From: an uncultured Pseudomonadota bacterium
GTDB taxonomy: Bacteria > Oederibacteriota > Muellerivitia > Muellerivitales > Muellerivitaceae
NCBI GenBank assembly: GCA_963843375.1
Contig: CAWJKT010000004.1
Span: 224,001 to 288,000 of the forward strand
Length of the DNA: 64,000 nt
Reading direction: 5' to 3'
The notes under the pieces are model-generated. The model saw only the letters and a list, made by a program, of their open reading frames with translations, had not been told where the DNA came from and did not search any database. Position numbers and translations under genes: made by a program. Below, piece by piece: positions 48,187-57,773 of this stretch. Within the stretch, counting starts at the first letter, position 1. Every line of letters begins with the position of its first letter.

Positions 48187-48531
48187 ATGGAATCCAACGT
48201 CCCCGATAAACTATCGGATAGAAAGTGCAAGCCCTGCGAGGGAGGCACCCGACCTTTGAACCTGATCATGATCAAGGGCCACCTGGCCCAATTGCCGGGC
48301 TGGGAGTTGATGGAAGGGTGGATCGTGAAGACTTTCACCTTCAAAAACTACTACGAAACAATGGCTTTTGTGAATGCGGTGGCTTGGATCGCTCACCGGG
48401 AGGACCACCATCCCGACATGGAAGTGGGTTATAAAACCTGCAAAGTACGCTACATGACCCACGCTATCAAGGGTCTGTCGGAAAATGACTTTATCTGCGC
48501 CGCAAAAATCAACAAACTTTTGGAAAGCTAG
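48187..48531 (+). CDS. phhB: pterin-4-alpha-carbinolamine dehydratase
   Basis: CKPCEGG, EDHHPD, THAIKGLSENDFICAAKI. Confidence 0.93.
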   Translation: MESNVPDKLSDRKCKPCEGGTRPLNLIMIKGHLAQLPGWELMEGWIVKTFTFKNYYETMAFVNAVAWIAHREDHHPDMEVGYKTCKVRYMTHAIKGLSENDFICAAKINKLLES

Positions 48532-48554
48532 TTTAATTCTCACTGGAGGGAATT

Positions 48555-50420
48555 ATGGCGACCACAACGGATCCCGAACTATTGACTCTTCCAAAATTCC
48601 TGGAGAAATATCCCTGGCCGGCGGAATGGCTGAGGAAGGGCAAGCCTATGCATTTCTTCTGGAGGTTCGACCTGCCTGTTCCCGTAGAAAGGCTTTGGCC
48701 TTACATCGCCGACCTTTCGTCCTTCAACAAAAGGGTGGGTATGGGGGAAATGAAATTCACCGAGAAAAACGGCCGCCTCCAGGGTTTTGCGGTCAATGTT
48801 GGCACGAAGATGTATTGGGAAGAAGTTCCCTGGGAATGGGAATATGGGAAAGAGTTCAGTCATGCCCGCATTTACAGCAAGGGATTGCCGTATTACATGC
48901 GGGCCAGATACCTTTTTGAGGAGACCCAACCAGGAAAATGCCGTCTCTATGTTTATTTATCCTGGATTCCCCGGGGACCCGTGAGCCGCCTCTTGATCAA
49001 CATCGGTCTCAAGCAGATTAAAAAGGGCTACGAGAAGGCCTTAAAGGAAATTACCTCCGCCATTCAGCGACAAGAGGTTTTAAAGCCCCCAGCGGCACCC
49101 GTCAAGTTATCCGCGACAGTGGTAGAACAGTTGAAAAATATTCGCCAAAAACTTTTAGAAGGGGGAACCTCAACTGAATTGGCGGACCGGCTTGTGCGCT
49201 ACGTGGAAACCGAACCCGACGAAACTCTTTACCGCATCCGGGTGAAATCCCTGGCACGGGAATGGGGGGTGAAGGAAAAAGACCTGCTGTTGGTTTTCCT
49301 GGCCGCCACCCGCCTGGGGCTTTTTAACCTGACGTGGGACGTTCTTTGCCCCCATTGCCGGGGAGTCCGCAATGAGGCAAAAAACCTAGGAGACCTTCCC
49401 AAACGGGGAAACTGCGAAGTCTGCAAGATCGATTTCGACGCGACGTCCTTCAACGTGCTGGAGGTGACTTTCCATGTCCATAATTCCATTCGAACCGTGG
49501 AAAAAAGGGTCTATTGTGCGGCCGAACCCGGCACCAAGCCTCACATAAAGATGCAAAAAACCATCCGGCCCAAGGAAGAACTGGCCCTGAAAACTCTCCT
49601 CAGCTTGGGAAGATATCGCCTGCGGTTGCAAGGCATGGAGGTCTATAACCTGCTAGACATCATTGAAGACTCCTCCGCAAACCAGGTTTTGTGGCAGGAT
49701 TCCCTGGCCCAACAGAATTTCAAGAGCGCGCATTTTCCGACTATGGTTCTCCAAAACACCTCCCCTGAGGCGAAAACCTTCATCCTGGAAGAGAACAAGG
49801 CGGATCAGGATACCTTGCGGCCCGTAGACCTCTTCTCATTCCAGGGTTTCCGAGACCTTTTCTCACAGGAAGCCCTGGCCGCCGACATCAAATTGGAAAT
49901 CGGCGTCCAGACCATCCTTTTCACTGATCTAGTGGGTTCCACCAAGTTTTACGAGCAGGAAGGGGACACGGTGGCCTTCGCGGAGGTGCGGCAGCATTTC
50001 CTCAAAACTTATGAGGTGGTTAAGAACCATAACGGCGCAGTGGTGAAAACCATTGGGGACGCGGTAATGGCGGCCTTCGTGCGGCCTCTGGACGCCCTGC
50101 GGGCGGCGGTGGACCTACAGCGCTATTTCAACGGGAACAATCCGGAGTCCCGCTTGCGCCTGCGGGTGACCCTGAACAGCGGGTCCTGCCTGGCGGTGAA
50201 CTTGAACAGCAACATAGATTATTTCGGGAATACAGTGAATTTCGCGGCCAAGATCCAATCCATCGCCGACGCGGGACAAATCGGATTTACCGAAAGCGTC
50301 TTCAACGAAAATGAGATACTCCCCTACCTGAGGGAACAAAATCTGTCCTGCGAGAAGCTGGGTTTCGAAACCAAATGGGCCAAGCGGACTGTTCCGGTTT
50401 ATCGAGTGGAAGTGAAGTAG
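48555..50420 (+). CDS. class III adenylate/guanylate cyclase with SRPBCC-like N-domain and DUF5939-like Cys-containing middle domain
   Basis: FTDLVGST, VKTIGDAVMA, DYFGNTVNFAAK; CPHC...CEVC; N-terminal PVERLWPYIAD. Confidence 0.85.
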   Translation: MATTTDPELLTLPKFLEKYPWPAEWLRKGKPMHFFWRFDLPVPVERLWPYIADLSSFNKRVGMGEMKFTEKNGRLQGFAVNVGTKMYWEEVPWEWEYGKEFSHARIYSKGLPYYMRARYLFEETQPGKCRLYVYLSWIPRGPVSRLLINIGLKQIKKGYEKALKEITSAIQRQEVLKPPAAPVKLSATVVEQLKNIRQKLLEGGTSTELADRLVRYVETEPDETLYRIRVKSLAREWGVKEKDLLLVFLAATRLGLFNLTWDVLCPHCRGVRNEAKNLGDLPKRGNCEVCKIDFDATSFNVLEVTFHVHNSIRTVEKRVYCAAEPGTKPHIKMQKTIRPKEELALKTLLSLGRYRLRLQGMEVYNLLDIIEDSSANQVLWQDSLAQQNFKSAHFPTMVLQNTSPEAKTFILEENKADQDTLRPVDLFSFQGFRDLFSQEALAADIKLEIGVQTILFTDLVGSTKFYEQEGDTVAFAEVRQHFLKTYEVVKNHNGAVVKTIGDAVMAAFVRPLDALRAAVDLQRYFNGNNPESRLRLRVTLNSGSCLAVNLNSNIDYFGNTVNFAAKIQSIADAGQIGFTESVFNENEILPYLREQNLSCEKLGFETKWAKRTVPVYRVEVK

Positions 50421-50421
50421 T

Positions 50422-51090
50422 TTATTTTTTTTTCGCTGATTTATTTGGAACGGTTTTGTCTTTAGAGCGGCCAAGTAAAAACTTCACCACCTGTACCGCC
50501 GAGGGTATCAAAGAAACCGCGACGATCCCCAAGATGACCAATTCGAAATTTTTCTGCACGATTTCCAAATTGCCGAAGAAATAACCCGAAAAAATACAAA
50601 TGGTGGTCCAAAGCAATACTCCCGTAAGGTTATATCGAAAAAATTTTCCATAAGTCATTTTGCCGACGCCGGCCACAAAGGGGGCAAAGGTGCGGAAAAT
50701 GGGCGCGAACTGGAACAAGATGAGAGTTTGGACGCCGTGGCGTTCGTAAATCTCGTGGGTCTTGTCCAGGTACTTGCGGTTGATCAGTTTTCCAAAGACA
50801 TTGGGGCCGAAAAACCGGCCGATCCAATAATTGCTGTGATCCCCTAGAAGAGCCGCAGCCGTGAGTAAGAGATAGGAAAAGGCGATGTTCAATTTGGCAG
50901 TCGCGCAAAGGGCTCCGACGGTGAAGAGCAGGGAATCCCCGGGCAGAACCGGCGTTACCACCAGCCCGGTTTCGCAAAAAATAACCCCGAAAAGGATGGC
51001 ATAAATCAGAGTCCCGTAACTTTGAACCAGATCGGGTAGATATCGATTCAAATGAAGTATGGAAGAAACCATTTGATGCAGGGAATCCAT
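50422..51090 (-). CDS. DedA family membrane protein
   Basis: FCETGLVVTPVLPGDSLLF, RTFAPFVAGVGKM. Confidence 0.93.
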   Translation of the reverse strand: MDSLHQMVSSILHLNRYLPDLVQSYGTLIYAILFGVIFCETGLVVTPVLPGDSLLFTVGALCATAKLNIAFSYLLLTAAALLGDHSNYWIGRFFGPNVFGKLINRKYLDKTHEIYERHGVQTLILFQFAPIFRTFAPFVAGVGKMTYGKFFRYNLTGVLLWTTICIFSGYFFGNLEIVQKNFELVILGIVAVSLIPSAVQVVKFLLGRSKDKTVPNKSAKKK

Positions 51091-51173
51091 GTAAGTCCTT
51101 TTAAACGGGGATTAAAAACGCCGATAGTTTACCATAGAAAATCAGCTGTCATCCCTTCGCTATCATTTAATGG

Positions 51174-52667
51174 CTAAATCTTCGGGGTCGGGGGTTCGTC
51201 CGGTTTGGAACCCTCGGAAGCAGGCTCCGCTGGTTTTACAGAAACGGCCGTCGCCGGTTGTTTTTCCTCGGTGGGGTTAACGGAACCGGACTCCTCGCCA
51301 TTCCCATTGCCGTCGGATTTTCCATTCACCTTTGGCCTGGGTTTGTATTGGCGCTTGCGGGGGTAGAAAATCTTTTGGGTATCCTCGTCATAGGCAAAGA
51401 GGTTGCCGAACATCGCCCAATGGATAAAAGTTTCGAAGGTTTTCTCGAAATTCTCCGAAGGCAGATTGAAAATGATGATTTCTTGGACTAGATCCGCGTC
51501 CAACCGGGCCCGGGGATGTTTGGCCAGCATATCGTTGACCTGTTTGAAGAGCCTCAATTTCAAAAGCTGTTCCTTCCAAATGTTTTGCCTCTCCTGGGAG
51601 GTGGCTTTGATGAATCTTTGGCCTTCGGGGGTCAGAACCACGAGTCGTTTGGGGGTATCGACAAAATCCAACAACTCGGCGGACTTGACCACCTTGATGA
51701 CTTCACCAAACTCCCTCTCGGTTTCGGTGGCGATCTTGAAAACATCTTCCTTGCCTTCGCGGGCGTCCAGGTATTCCAAAATACCCACAATTTCGCTGGG
51801 CTTTGCGTCTGGAAGGGATTCGGCGGGAGGCAACTCGTTGGGTTGAAGGACAGGCTCCGGGGCATCGGGGATTTCATGGCCGGTGATGATTTCGTGCAGT
51901 TGATCCACCAACTTACTAAAATCGGGGGAGCGGTAGTCGCGCGGGCGCGGAAGTTTGTTTTCAACTACCTTGACGATATGCCCGGGATTGGTGCCCAAGA
52001 CCACGATACGGTCGGCCATGTAAACCACTTCTGGAATGTCGTGGCTGACCATCAGAATGGAGGAGGGATTCTTATCGTGGGCCGCCCAAATGTCGATGAC
52101 CTCCGCCCGTAGAGATTCAGCGGTTAGGGCGTCGACGTGGCTGAAAGGTTCGTCCATGAAAAGAATTTCCGGGTCCACCGAAAGGGCCCGGGCCATACCG
52201 ACCCTTTGTTTCATGCCGCCTGAAAGCTCCCGGGGATAGGTTTCCTCGAAGCCGGCTAAGCCTACCATTTGAATGGCCTTTTGGGCACGATCCTCGATTT
52301 CGTTGGCCGGAAAACCACGGGACTGGAGGGCGGTTTGGATGTTCTCGGCCACGGTCATCCAAGGGAATAGGGCAAAACTCTGAAAAACGATGCTGACGCC
52401 GGTGTTCAAGTCATGAAGGGGCTGATCATGATATAAAACCTCGCCTTTGGTAGGCGGGATCAGGCCGGCCAGGACGCGCAACAGGGTGGATTTGCCGCAG
52501 CCCGAGGGGCCAAGGAGGGCCACTACTTCCCTCTTATTTATACAAAGATTGATATTTTCCAACACTTTCAACTCTTTACCGTTGGGAAGCTTGAATTCCT
52601 GCGAGACATTTTTGACTTCGCTGAGTTTTAGATTTTCTTGGGCTTCCGTTTTTATATCCACCGCCAT
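51174..52667 (-). CDS. NitT/TauT-type ABC transporter ATP-binding protein with C-terminal AAA-associated domain
   Basis: GPSGCGKST, LSGGMKQR, FMDEPF, MVSHD; extended C-terminal domain. Confidence 0.92.
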   Translation of the reverse strand: MAVDIKTEAQENLKLSEVKNVSQEFKLPNGKELKVLENINLCINKREVVALLGPSGCGKSTLLRVLAGLIPPTKGEVLYHDQPLHDLNTGVSIVFQSFALFPWMTVAENIQTALQSRGFPANEIEDRAQKAIQMVGLAGFEETYPRELSGGMKQRVGMARALSVDPEILFMDEPFSHVDALTAESLRAEVIDIWAAHDKNPSSILMVSHDIPEVVYMADRIVVLGTNPGHIVKVVENKLPRPRDYRSPDFSKLVDQLHEIITGHEIPDAPEPVLQPNELPPAESLPDAKPSEIVGILEYLDAREGKEDVFKIATETEREFGEVIKVVKSAELLDFVDTPKRLVVLTPEGQRFIKATSQERQNIWKEQLLKLRLFKQVNDMLAKHPRARLDADLVQEIIIFNLPSENFEKTFETFIHWAMFGNLFAYDEDTQKIFYPRKRQYKPRPKVNGKSDGNGNGEESGSVNPTEEKQPATAVSVKPAEPASEGSKPDEPPTPKI

Positions 52668-52738
52668 AGTCGCCTCCCGCAAAAAATTTTTAGTTCTAAG
52701 TGTTTAGTTTTAAGTTAGGGTCTTTTAAACCTTTGGAA

Positions 52739-54523
52739 TTATTTGCTTAAAGAATACTTCTCCTCGGCCAAACGATAAAGCCTCTTCCAAACCAATCGGT
52801 TGAAAGTCACCACCATGAGGGACATCACCACCACGCTAGCGGCTAACATAGGGAAGTCGGCTTTAGCGGCGGCGTCGCTGATTTGGGATCCAAGGCCAAA
52901 GGCGGTGAGGGTTTGGCCTTTGTCGGTTACATATTCGGCTACGATACTGGCGTTCCATGTCCCACCGGCGGAGGTCACCATGCCGGTAACTAAATAGGGA
53001 AAGATTCCCGGCAGATAAACCTTCCGGAACCTTTGCCAGCCGATGATATGGTACATCCGGGCGGCCTCCAAAAGATCGGAAGGGATCGCCATGGCCCCGG
53101 CCACGACGTTGAACAAAATGTACCATTGGGCGCCTAAGACCATCAGGGCGATGGAGCCCCAATTCAATGATATCCCCATAAATTTCAAGACGATTATGAC
53201 ATAAGAAAAAAGCATGGGGGCCGGGAAAGAGGCGGCCACTTGGACAAAGGGCTGGGCGAGACGGGAAAGCCGGGGGGAGAGTCCGATCCAAAGGCCCACG
53301 GGAATAGTCCAAATCGCTGAAACCCCCACAGCCACCAGCACTCGTCCCAATGTCACAAGGGCTTCACTAATGATGAGTTTCCATTGGTCCAAGCTCACTT
53401 TGCTGAAAAGCTCGATGATTTTCCAGGCTCCGAACAACATTAAACCCACGAGTGTGAGGAAGGCGAAAATCGAAAACATCTTCAATGAAATTTTATCGGA
53501 AGGTTTGGAGGAGGCAGCCGGTTTTGCTCCCACTTTGTCCAGGGGTGGCATGTTTTGGGAAGAGGAGGTTTGTTTTGTTTTAAAAAGGTTTTGAAAAAAC
53601 TGGAATATTTGAGAACGATTAAGAAAATCCAAAAACCAAGAATGCATGCCTTCCTCGTTGCCGCCTTCCTCGACCCGAAATTTTTGTCCCCAAACCACCA
53701 GAGGTCTCCAAAGGAACTGGTCCAGAAATACGATCATGATGACCATGGCGATGACACCGTAAAATTTCGCCCAATTGTCGCCTTTATCATTGGCTACGCT
53801 CATATAAGAACCCAGGCCGGGAAGGCGAAAATCCTTGTCGCCCAACTGAAAAGCCTCGGTGACGGTTAAGAAAAACCAGCCGCCCGCCATGCTCATCATG
53901 CTGTTCCAGATAAGCCCGATACCGGAAAAGGGGATTTCCAGCTTGGTGGCTTTTTGCCACCAGTTGAAGCGATAGACTGCCGCCGCTTCAAGAAGATATT
54001 GAGGAACGGACCGTAGTGACTGGTAGAAGCTGAAAGTCATATTCCAAACCTGCCCAGTGAAGATCATAATGACCGCCGCCAATTCCAAGCCGATATTGCT
54101 GTTTGGGAAAATGGCCACCAGGGCCAGCACCAAGCCCGGAAGAAATCCAAGGACGGGAATGCTTTGAAGAATATCCAGCATGGGAATAAGGACTTTTTCC
54201 GCTACATGGTCTTTTGCCGCCCAATAGCCATAAGCGAAGGTGAAAAGAAGCGAAAGGATATAAGCCAGCAATCCTCGGCACAAAGAAAAAAAGGTGTATT
54301 TAGGAAGGGCCCAGGGAGAAAGGTCGATTTCCACCGTTGGGCGATGAATGCCTGTCCATTCATGGGCCACATTGATGATGCCGAAAATAAGCCCAATCAG
54401 GCCCAGCAAAAGCGAAACATCGATCCACCAGATTTTCTGATAGCGGGTGATCAGGGCGCTTGCATTGCCCCATATTTTGCGGAACGGTAGGATGTTCTTG
54501 CGTTCTAGGTCCGAAATCGGCAT
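52739..54523 (-). CDS. NitT/TauT-type ABC transporter permease (duplicated permease domains)
   Basis: LDILQSIPVLGF, WNSMMSMAGGWFF, AASFPAP, GGTWNASIVAE. Confidence 0.92.
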   Translation of the reverse strand: MPISDLERKNILPFRKIWGNASALITRYQKIWWIDVSLLLGLIGLIFGIINVAHEWTGIHRPTVEIDLSPWALPKYTFFSLCRGLLAYILSLLFTFAYGYWAAKDHVAEKVLIPMLDILQSIPVLGFLPGLVLALVAIFPNSNIGLELAAVIMIFTGQVWNMTFSFYQSLRSVPQYLLEAAAVYRFNWWQKATKLEIPFSGIGLIWNSMMSMAGGWFFLTVTEAFQLGDKDFRLPGLGSYMSVANDKGDNWAKFYGVIAMVIMIVFLDQFLWRPLVVWGQKFRVEEGGNEEGMHSWFLDFLNRSQIFQFFQNLFKTKQTSSSQNMPPLDKVGAKPAASSKPSDKISLKMFSIFAFLTLVGLMLFGAWKIIELFSKVSLDQWKLIISEALVTLGRVLVAVGVSAIWTIPVGLWIGLSPRLSRLAQPFVQVAASFPAPMLFSYVIIVLKFMGISLNWGSIALMVLGAQWYILFNVVAGAMAIPSDLLEAARMYHIIGWQRFRKVYLPGIFPYLVTGMVTSAGGTWNASIVAEYVTDKGQTLTAFGLGSQISDAAAKADFPMLAASVVVMSLMVVTFNRLVWKRLYRLAEEKYSLSK

Positions 54524-54682
54524 GGAAGGACAACCTATTCAAGATTTTAAAAGTCCGGGAAATCATAAGCCAGGGGCAGTTGATGGACAAAGCAAAAAGT
54601 TTTTAAAATGGCCGGAAAGACTTGATGTTAAACTGAGCCCGGTCATGAAAATCAAATCCAAGTCCCGGAAAACTTTACAAAG

Positions 54683-55576
54683 ATGAAACGCGTGAACCGA
54701 TTGGTTCCTTTTGCCTTTTTAGGCTTCAGCCTTGCGGCCCTGGTATGGGGCCAATCGGGTTCGATGGACTGGAAACCGGTGGCGGATATCCTTGGAAGGA
54801 ATGGGATTGACCAAGTCGGTTCCCTCCAAGTTCTTTTTCCCCGGCTAGACCTGAACGTCGTGGTCAAGGGCGTACCCTTGGAACCGGAAGAGTTGACCAG
54901 TTGGTTCCTCTTTAAGTCTGAAAATAATGGAACCATACTGGTGGGTGACATGGTTTTGCTGGACACGGAAGTGTCCAAAGCAATGGCCCAAGCCCTTCGT
55001 AACGGATTGGAAATAACGGCTCTTTATAGCCCCTTTTTAGAAGAATCCCCGAGAATTAAGCGCCTGCGGGTTCGGGGAAAAGGCGCCAAATCCAACCTGG
55101 CTTGGGCGGTCAAGCTGATCCTATCTTCTACCGGAACCTCCATGGGTTCGATGGATCCAAACCCTACCCCGGAAAATCAGATCCTCTTGGATTGGTCCAA
55201 AACAGAGGCCATTCTTGGCCCGGGGGCGCATAGGGGCCGTGTGCTCCAATTTGAAATTCCACAAACGAAGGCTAACTCGGAAAAGGGGATTGAAACTCAA
55301 TGGAAATCGGACTTGGCCGCCAATCTTTTTCTGCAAAAAACCGGTAAAGGCAATAGCGCGGCGATGGGCACGTTTGATTTGCCCGATGAAAAGGCGAACG
55401 AAGTAATTGAGACCCTTTCCAAACACCATTTCACCGTAACCTCGTTTCGAAGCCAAAGTTCATACGAAGGGGAGGGGTTTTTCTTTTTGAATTTTTGGGT
55501 GGTGGGCTCGGAGGAGGACGTGGCGGAAGGCTTGAAAGACGCTTTGGATCAGGCCGGTTTATCCCAAGACCCATAA
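54683..55576 (+). CDS. DUF1259 (LppY/LpqO)-like exported protein, His motifs degenerate
   Basis: Two-repeat layout: FPRLDLNVVVKGV, VGDMVLLDTEV..GLEITAL, LDWSKTEAILG, GNSAAMGTFDL. Confidence 0.7.
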   Translation: MKRVNRLVPFAFLGFSLAALVWGQSGSMDWKPVADILGRNGIDQVGSLQVLFPRLDLNVVVKGVPLEPEELTSWFLFKSENNGTILVGDMVLLDTEVSKAMAQALRNGLEITALYSPFLEESPRIKRLRVRGKGAKSNLAWAVKLILSSTGTSMGSMDPNPTPENQILLDWSKTEAILGPGAHRGRVLQFEIPQTKANSEKGIETQWKSDLAANLFLQKTGKGNSAAMGTFDLPDEKANEVIETLSKHHFTVTSFRSQSSYEGEGFFFLNFWVVGSEEDVAEGLKDALDQAGLSQDP

Positions 55577-57630
55577 TTCAGTAAAATACCTCCGGTGGCT
55601 AAGGCAATGATCAGCAGGGTTAAAAATAACCCCAACCGGAAAGACGCAGGTTCATACCGAAAATCGACTTTGCGCATGTTTCCACCCGGCACCGGTAGGC
55701 CCATGAAAAGCCCGTAGGCGCGCAGGATCGGATAAGGTTTCCCATCTATCCAGGCATGCCAACCGGGGGCGTAAGTTTCATTGAAAATAACGTAACCTGG
55801 TTTGGAAAAGGATTCCATTAAGGAAGCCCGGCCCGCGCTTTCCCTCAAGTAACCCGTTTTTTGTTGGGCCACCAGCGAAAGGGACCGTTTGACAGCTGAT
55901 AAATTCGTGAACAGCCCATCGGCGTTCTTTTCTAAATAAGTTTTTTTCTCCCACTCTGTTCCAGGCGACATAAGAGAATTCAGGACAGCTGGGCGGTCAG
56001 GATACTCGGTTTTTTCACCCACCCACCACAGATTGGGAGAAGCCTGGGTATTGAGAATGAGAAAATCATTATTCCATTTTCCGGCCACCTTATATTTGGT
56101 AGCGGAAAGGGGCTGCGTCAGCAGGAAAAGCCGTACCCCCGCCACATCCAATAAACTTCCATCGTAGGGGAAACCTTTGTTGAAATACTTCACCAAGTTT
56201 TCAGAGCCATTCACCTGAAGAAAAAGATAGCGGTCGGGAGACCGCAGCCCCCAGACCGAGTTGGAATTTGCCAGGAAAGTCCCGGTTTGGAGTCCGAAAG
56301 TTCGCTTCATCGCTTGGTCCTGCGTTCCAGTGGATTCCATTTCATTGATGGTGTGAAGGCTCAATGTTCGGCCACCGTTCGCAAGTGTGCGTAGTTTTTG
56401 AGCCTCGCCCTGGATTTCCGCATTTTGATATGGGTCGGGCATTGGTTGAAGAAGAAGAAATGGCATTCGCCCGATATCCCCTATCCAGAACAGGGTCAAA
56501 AACGCGATACCTGCCCCTGAGGAAAAAGTTACCGGCCATTTCTCTGAAAGGGATGGAAGGGACAAAGCCACTGAGGTTACAGCACAAAAAAGGAAGAGCC
56601 CCACGGCCTTGGAGGGTTCCATCCACTGGAGAAATTGAAGCGGCAAAAAATCCCAAAGGGGGAGGCGTGCTCCGGCCAGCCAGAGCAGCCAGCCCAGTGC
56701 GCATAGAGTCCAAAAACGGTTTTTCAATTGTTGCAGGAGGGATAGCCCATTCAAAACTAAAATCACCAAGGGAATAAGACCGAAGTATAGATTGAAATTT
56801 CCATTGGCGAAGGCGCCGCGATAAGAAGTGGAGCCCAAAAGACCCAGAACGTCCGGTTTTAACAGGGTCAGGTAATCCAAAGGCCGGTCAAAGTAGGGAT
56901 AATCACCCCAGGAATCGGGCTTAGCGTAAGTGAGCAGTTCCAGGAAAGGAAGCCACTGCAAGCAGGTCGCCAGGGCGGCTCCGCCTAAAGTAAGCCAAAA
57001 CCGGATTCTTATATGAGAGGCGGGTTTTTGGAATTCAAACCAAACCACCAGGAATAGCACCGTGTAAAAAGTAAAAAAGGGATAACCAGCCAAGATCTGC
57101 AGGCTTAAGGCCAGACCCAGGAGGAAGCTGTTTTTAAAGACCGGTTTTTCCAGGGTGCGATGAGCGGCCCAGAAAATCCAGGGAATCCAGGCCGCTGTGG
57201 CGATAAATGGAAGATTGGCCCAACAGCGGGTAAGGTGAGCGGAACCCGCAAAGGAAAGGGCGCAAAGGGCGCACCAAAGCGGAGTGATTTTTTGGCGTCT
57301 AAGCCAAAGGTAACAGCCGAAAAAAGCCAAGCCCGTATGCGCTAAAGCCATCCATATCAACCAATTGGAGAGGCCCGTTAGATTGAACAGCCAAAAGGGC
57401 GGGTAAAGACAAGCCGATTGCCAATTAGCTAAATGGGGCGTGCCACAGCCAATATAAGGGTTCCATAATGGCAAAAGTCCCTGGCGGAAGGAATCCAGGT
57501 TAATCCAATGGTCTGGATAAGTGTAAAGGGAGGCGTCTATATAATAGGGAAGATGTCCTTTCCATAAATAAGCCCAGAAAATCAAAGCGAAGAGGTAAAG
57601 AGCGATGACTGTTTTGGAAAGAAGGGACAA
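55549..57630 (-). CDS. YfhO-family (GT-C-like) membrane protein
   Basis: LPLWNPYIGCGTPHLANWQSACLYPP; C-terminal ETYAPGWHAWIDGK...VDFRYEPASFRLG. Confidence 0.85.
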   Translation of the reverse strand: MSLLSKTVIALYLFALIFWAYLWKGHLPYYIDASLYTYPDHWINLDSFRQGLLPLWNPYIGCGTPHLANWQSACLYPPFWLFNLTGLSNWLIWMALAHTGLAFFGCYLWLRRQKITPLWCALCALSFAGSAHLTRCWANLPFIATAAWIPWIFWAAHRTLEKPVFKNSFLLGLALSLQILAGYPFFTFYTVLFLVVWFEFQKPASHIRIRFWLTLGGAALATCLQWLPFLELLTYAKPDSWGDYPYFDRPLDYLTLLKPDVLGLLGSTSYRGAFANGNFNLYFGLIPLVILVLNGLSLLQQLKNRFWTLCALGWLLWLAGARLPLWDFLPLQFLQWMEPSKAVGLFLFCAVTSVALSLPSLSEKWPVTFSSGAGIAFLTLFWIGDIGRMPFLLLQPMPDPYQNAEIQGEAQKLRTLANGGRTLSLHTINEMESTGTQDQAMKRTFGLQTGTFLANSNSVWGLRSPDRYLFLQVNGSENLVKYFNKGFPYDGSLLDVAGVRLFLLTQPLSATKYKVAGKWNNDFLILNTQASPNLWWVGEKTEYPDRPAVLNSLMSPGTEWEKKTYLEKNADGLFTNLSAVKRSLSLVAQQKTGYLRESAGRASLMESFSKPGYVIFNETYAPGWHAWIDGKPYPILRAYGLFMGLPVPGGNMRKVDFRYEPASFRLGLFLTLLIIALATGGILLNYGSWDKPA

Positions 57631-57773
57631 GTTGATTTTTTTCCGTCTTTTGACTTTGTCGTTATAAATATCGGCTTCGTTAATTATAGCCGGGGGCAGT
57701 CTTTTTTCGGGAGAGGTTCATGTTAAAATGCGCCTTCGTTCAAAGGGGCAAACTTCAAAAGGGGAGGCGGGTT

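Noticed and set aside
48187..48531. phhB without phhA
   Set aside because: Orphan pterin dehydratases are widespread.
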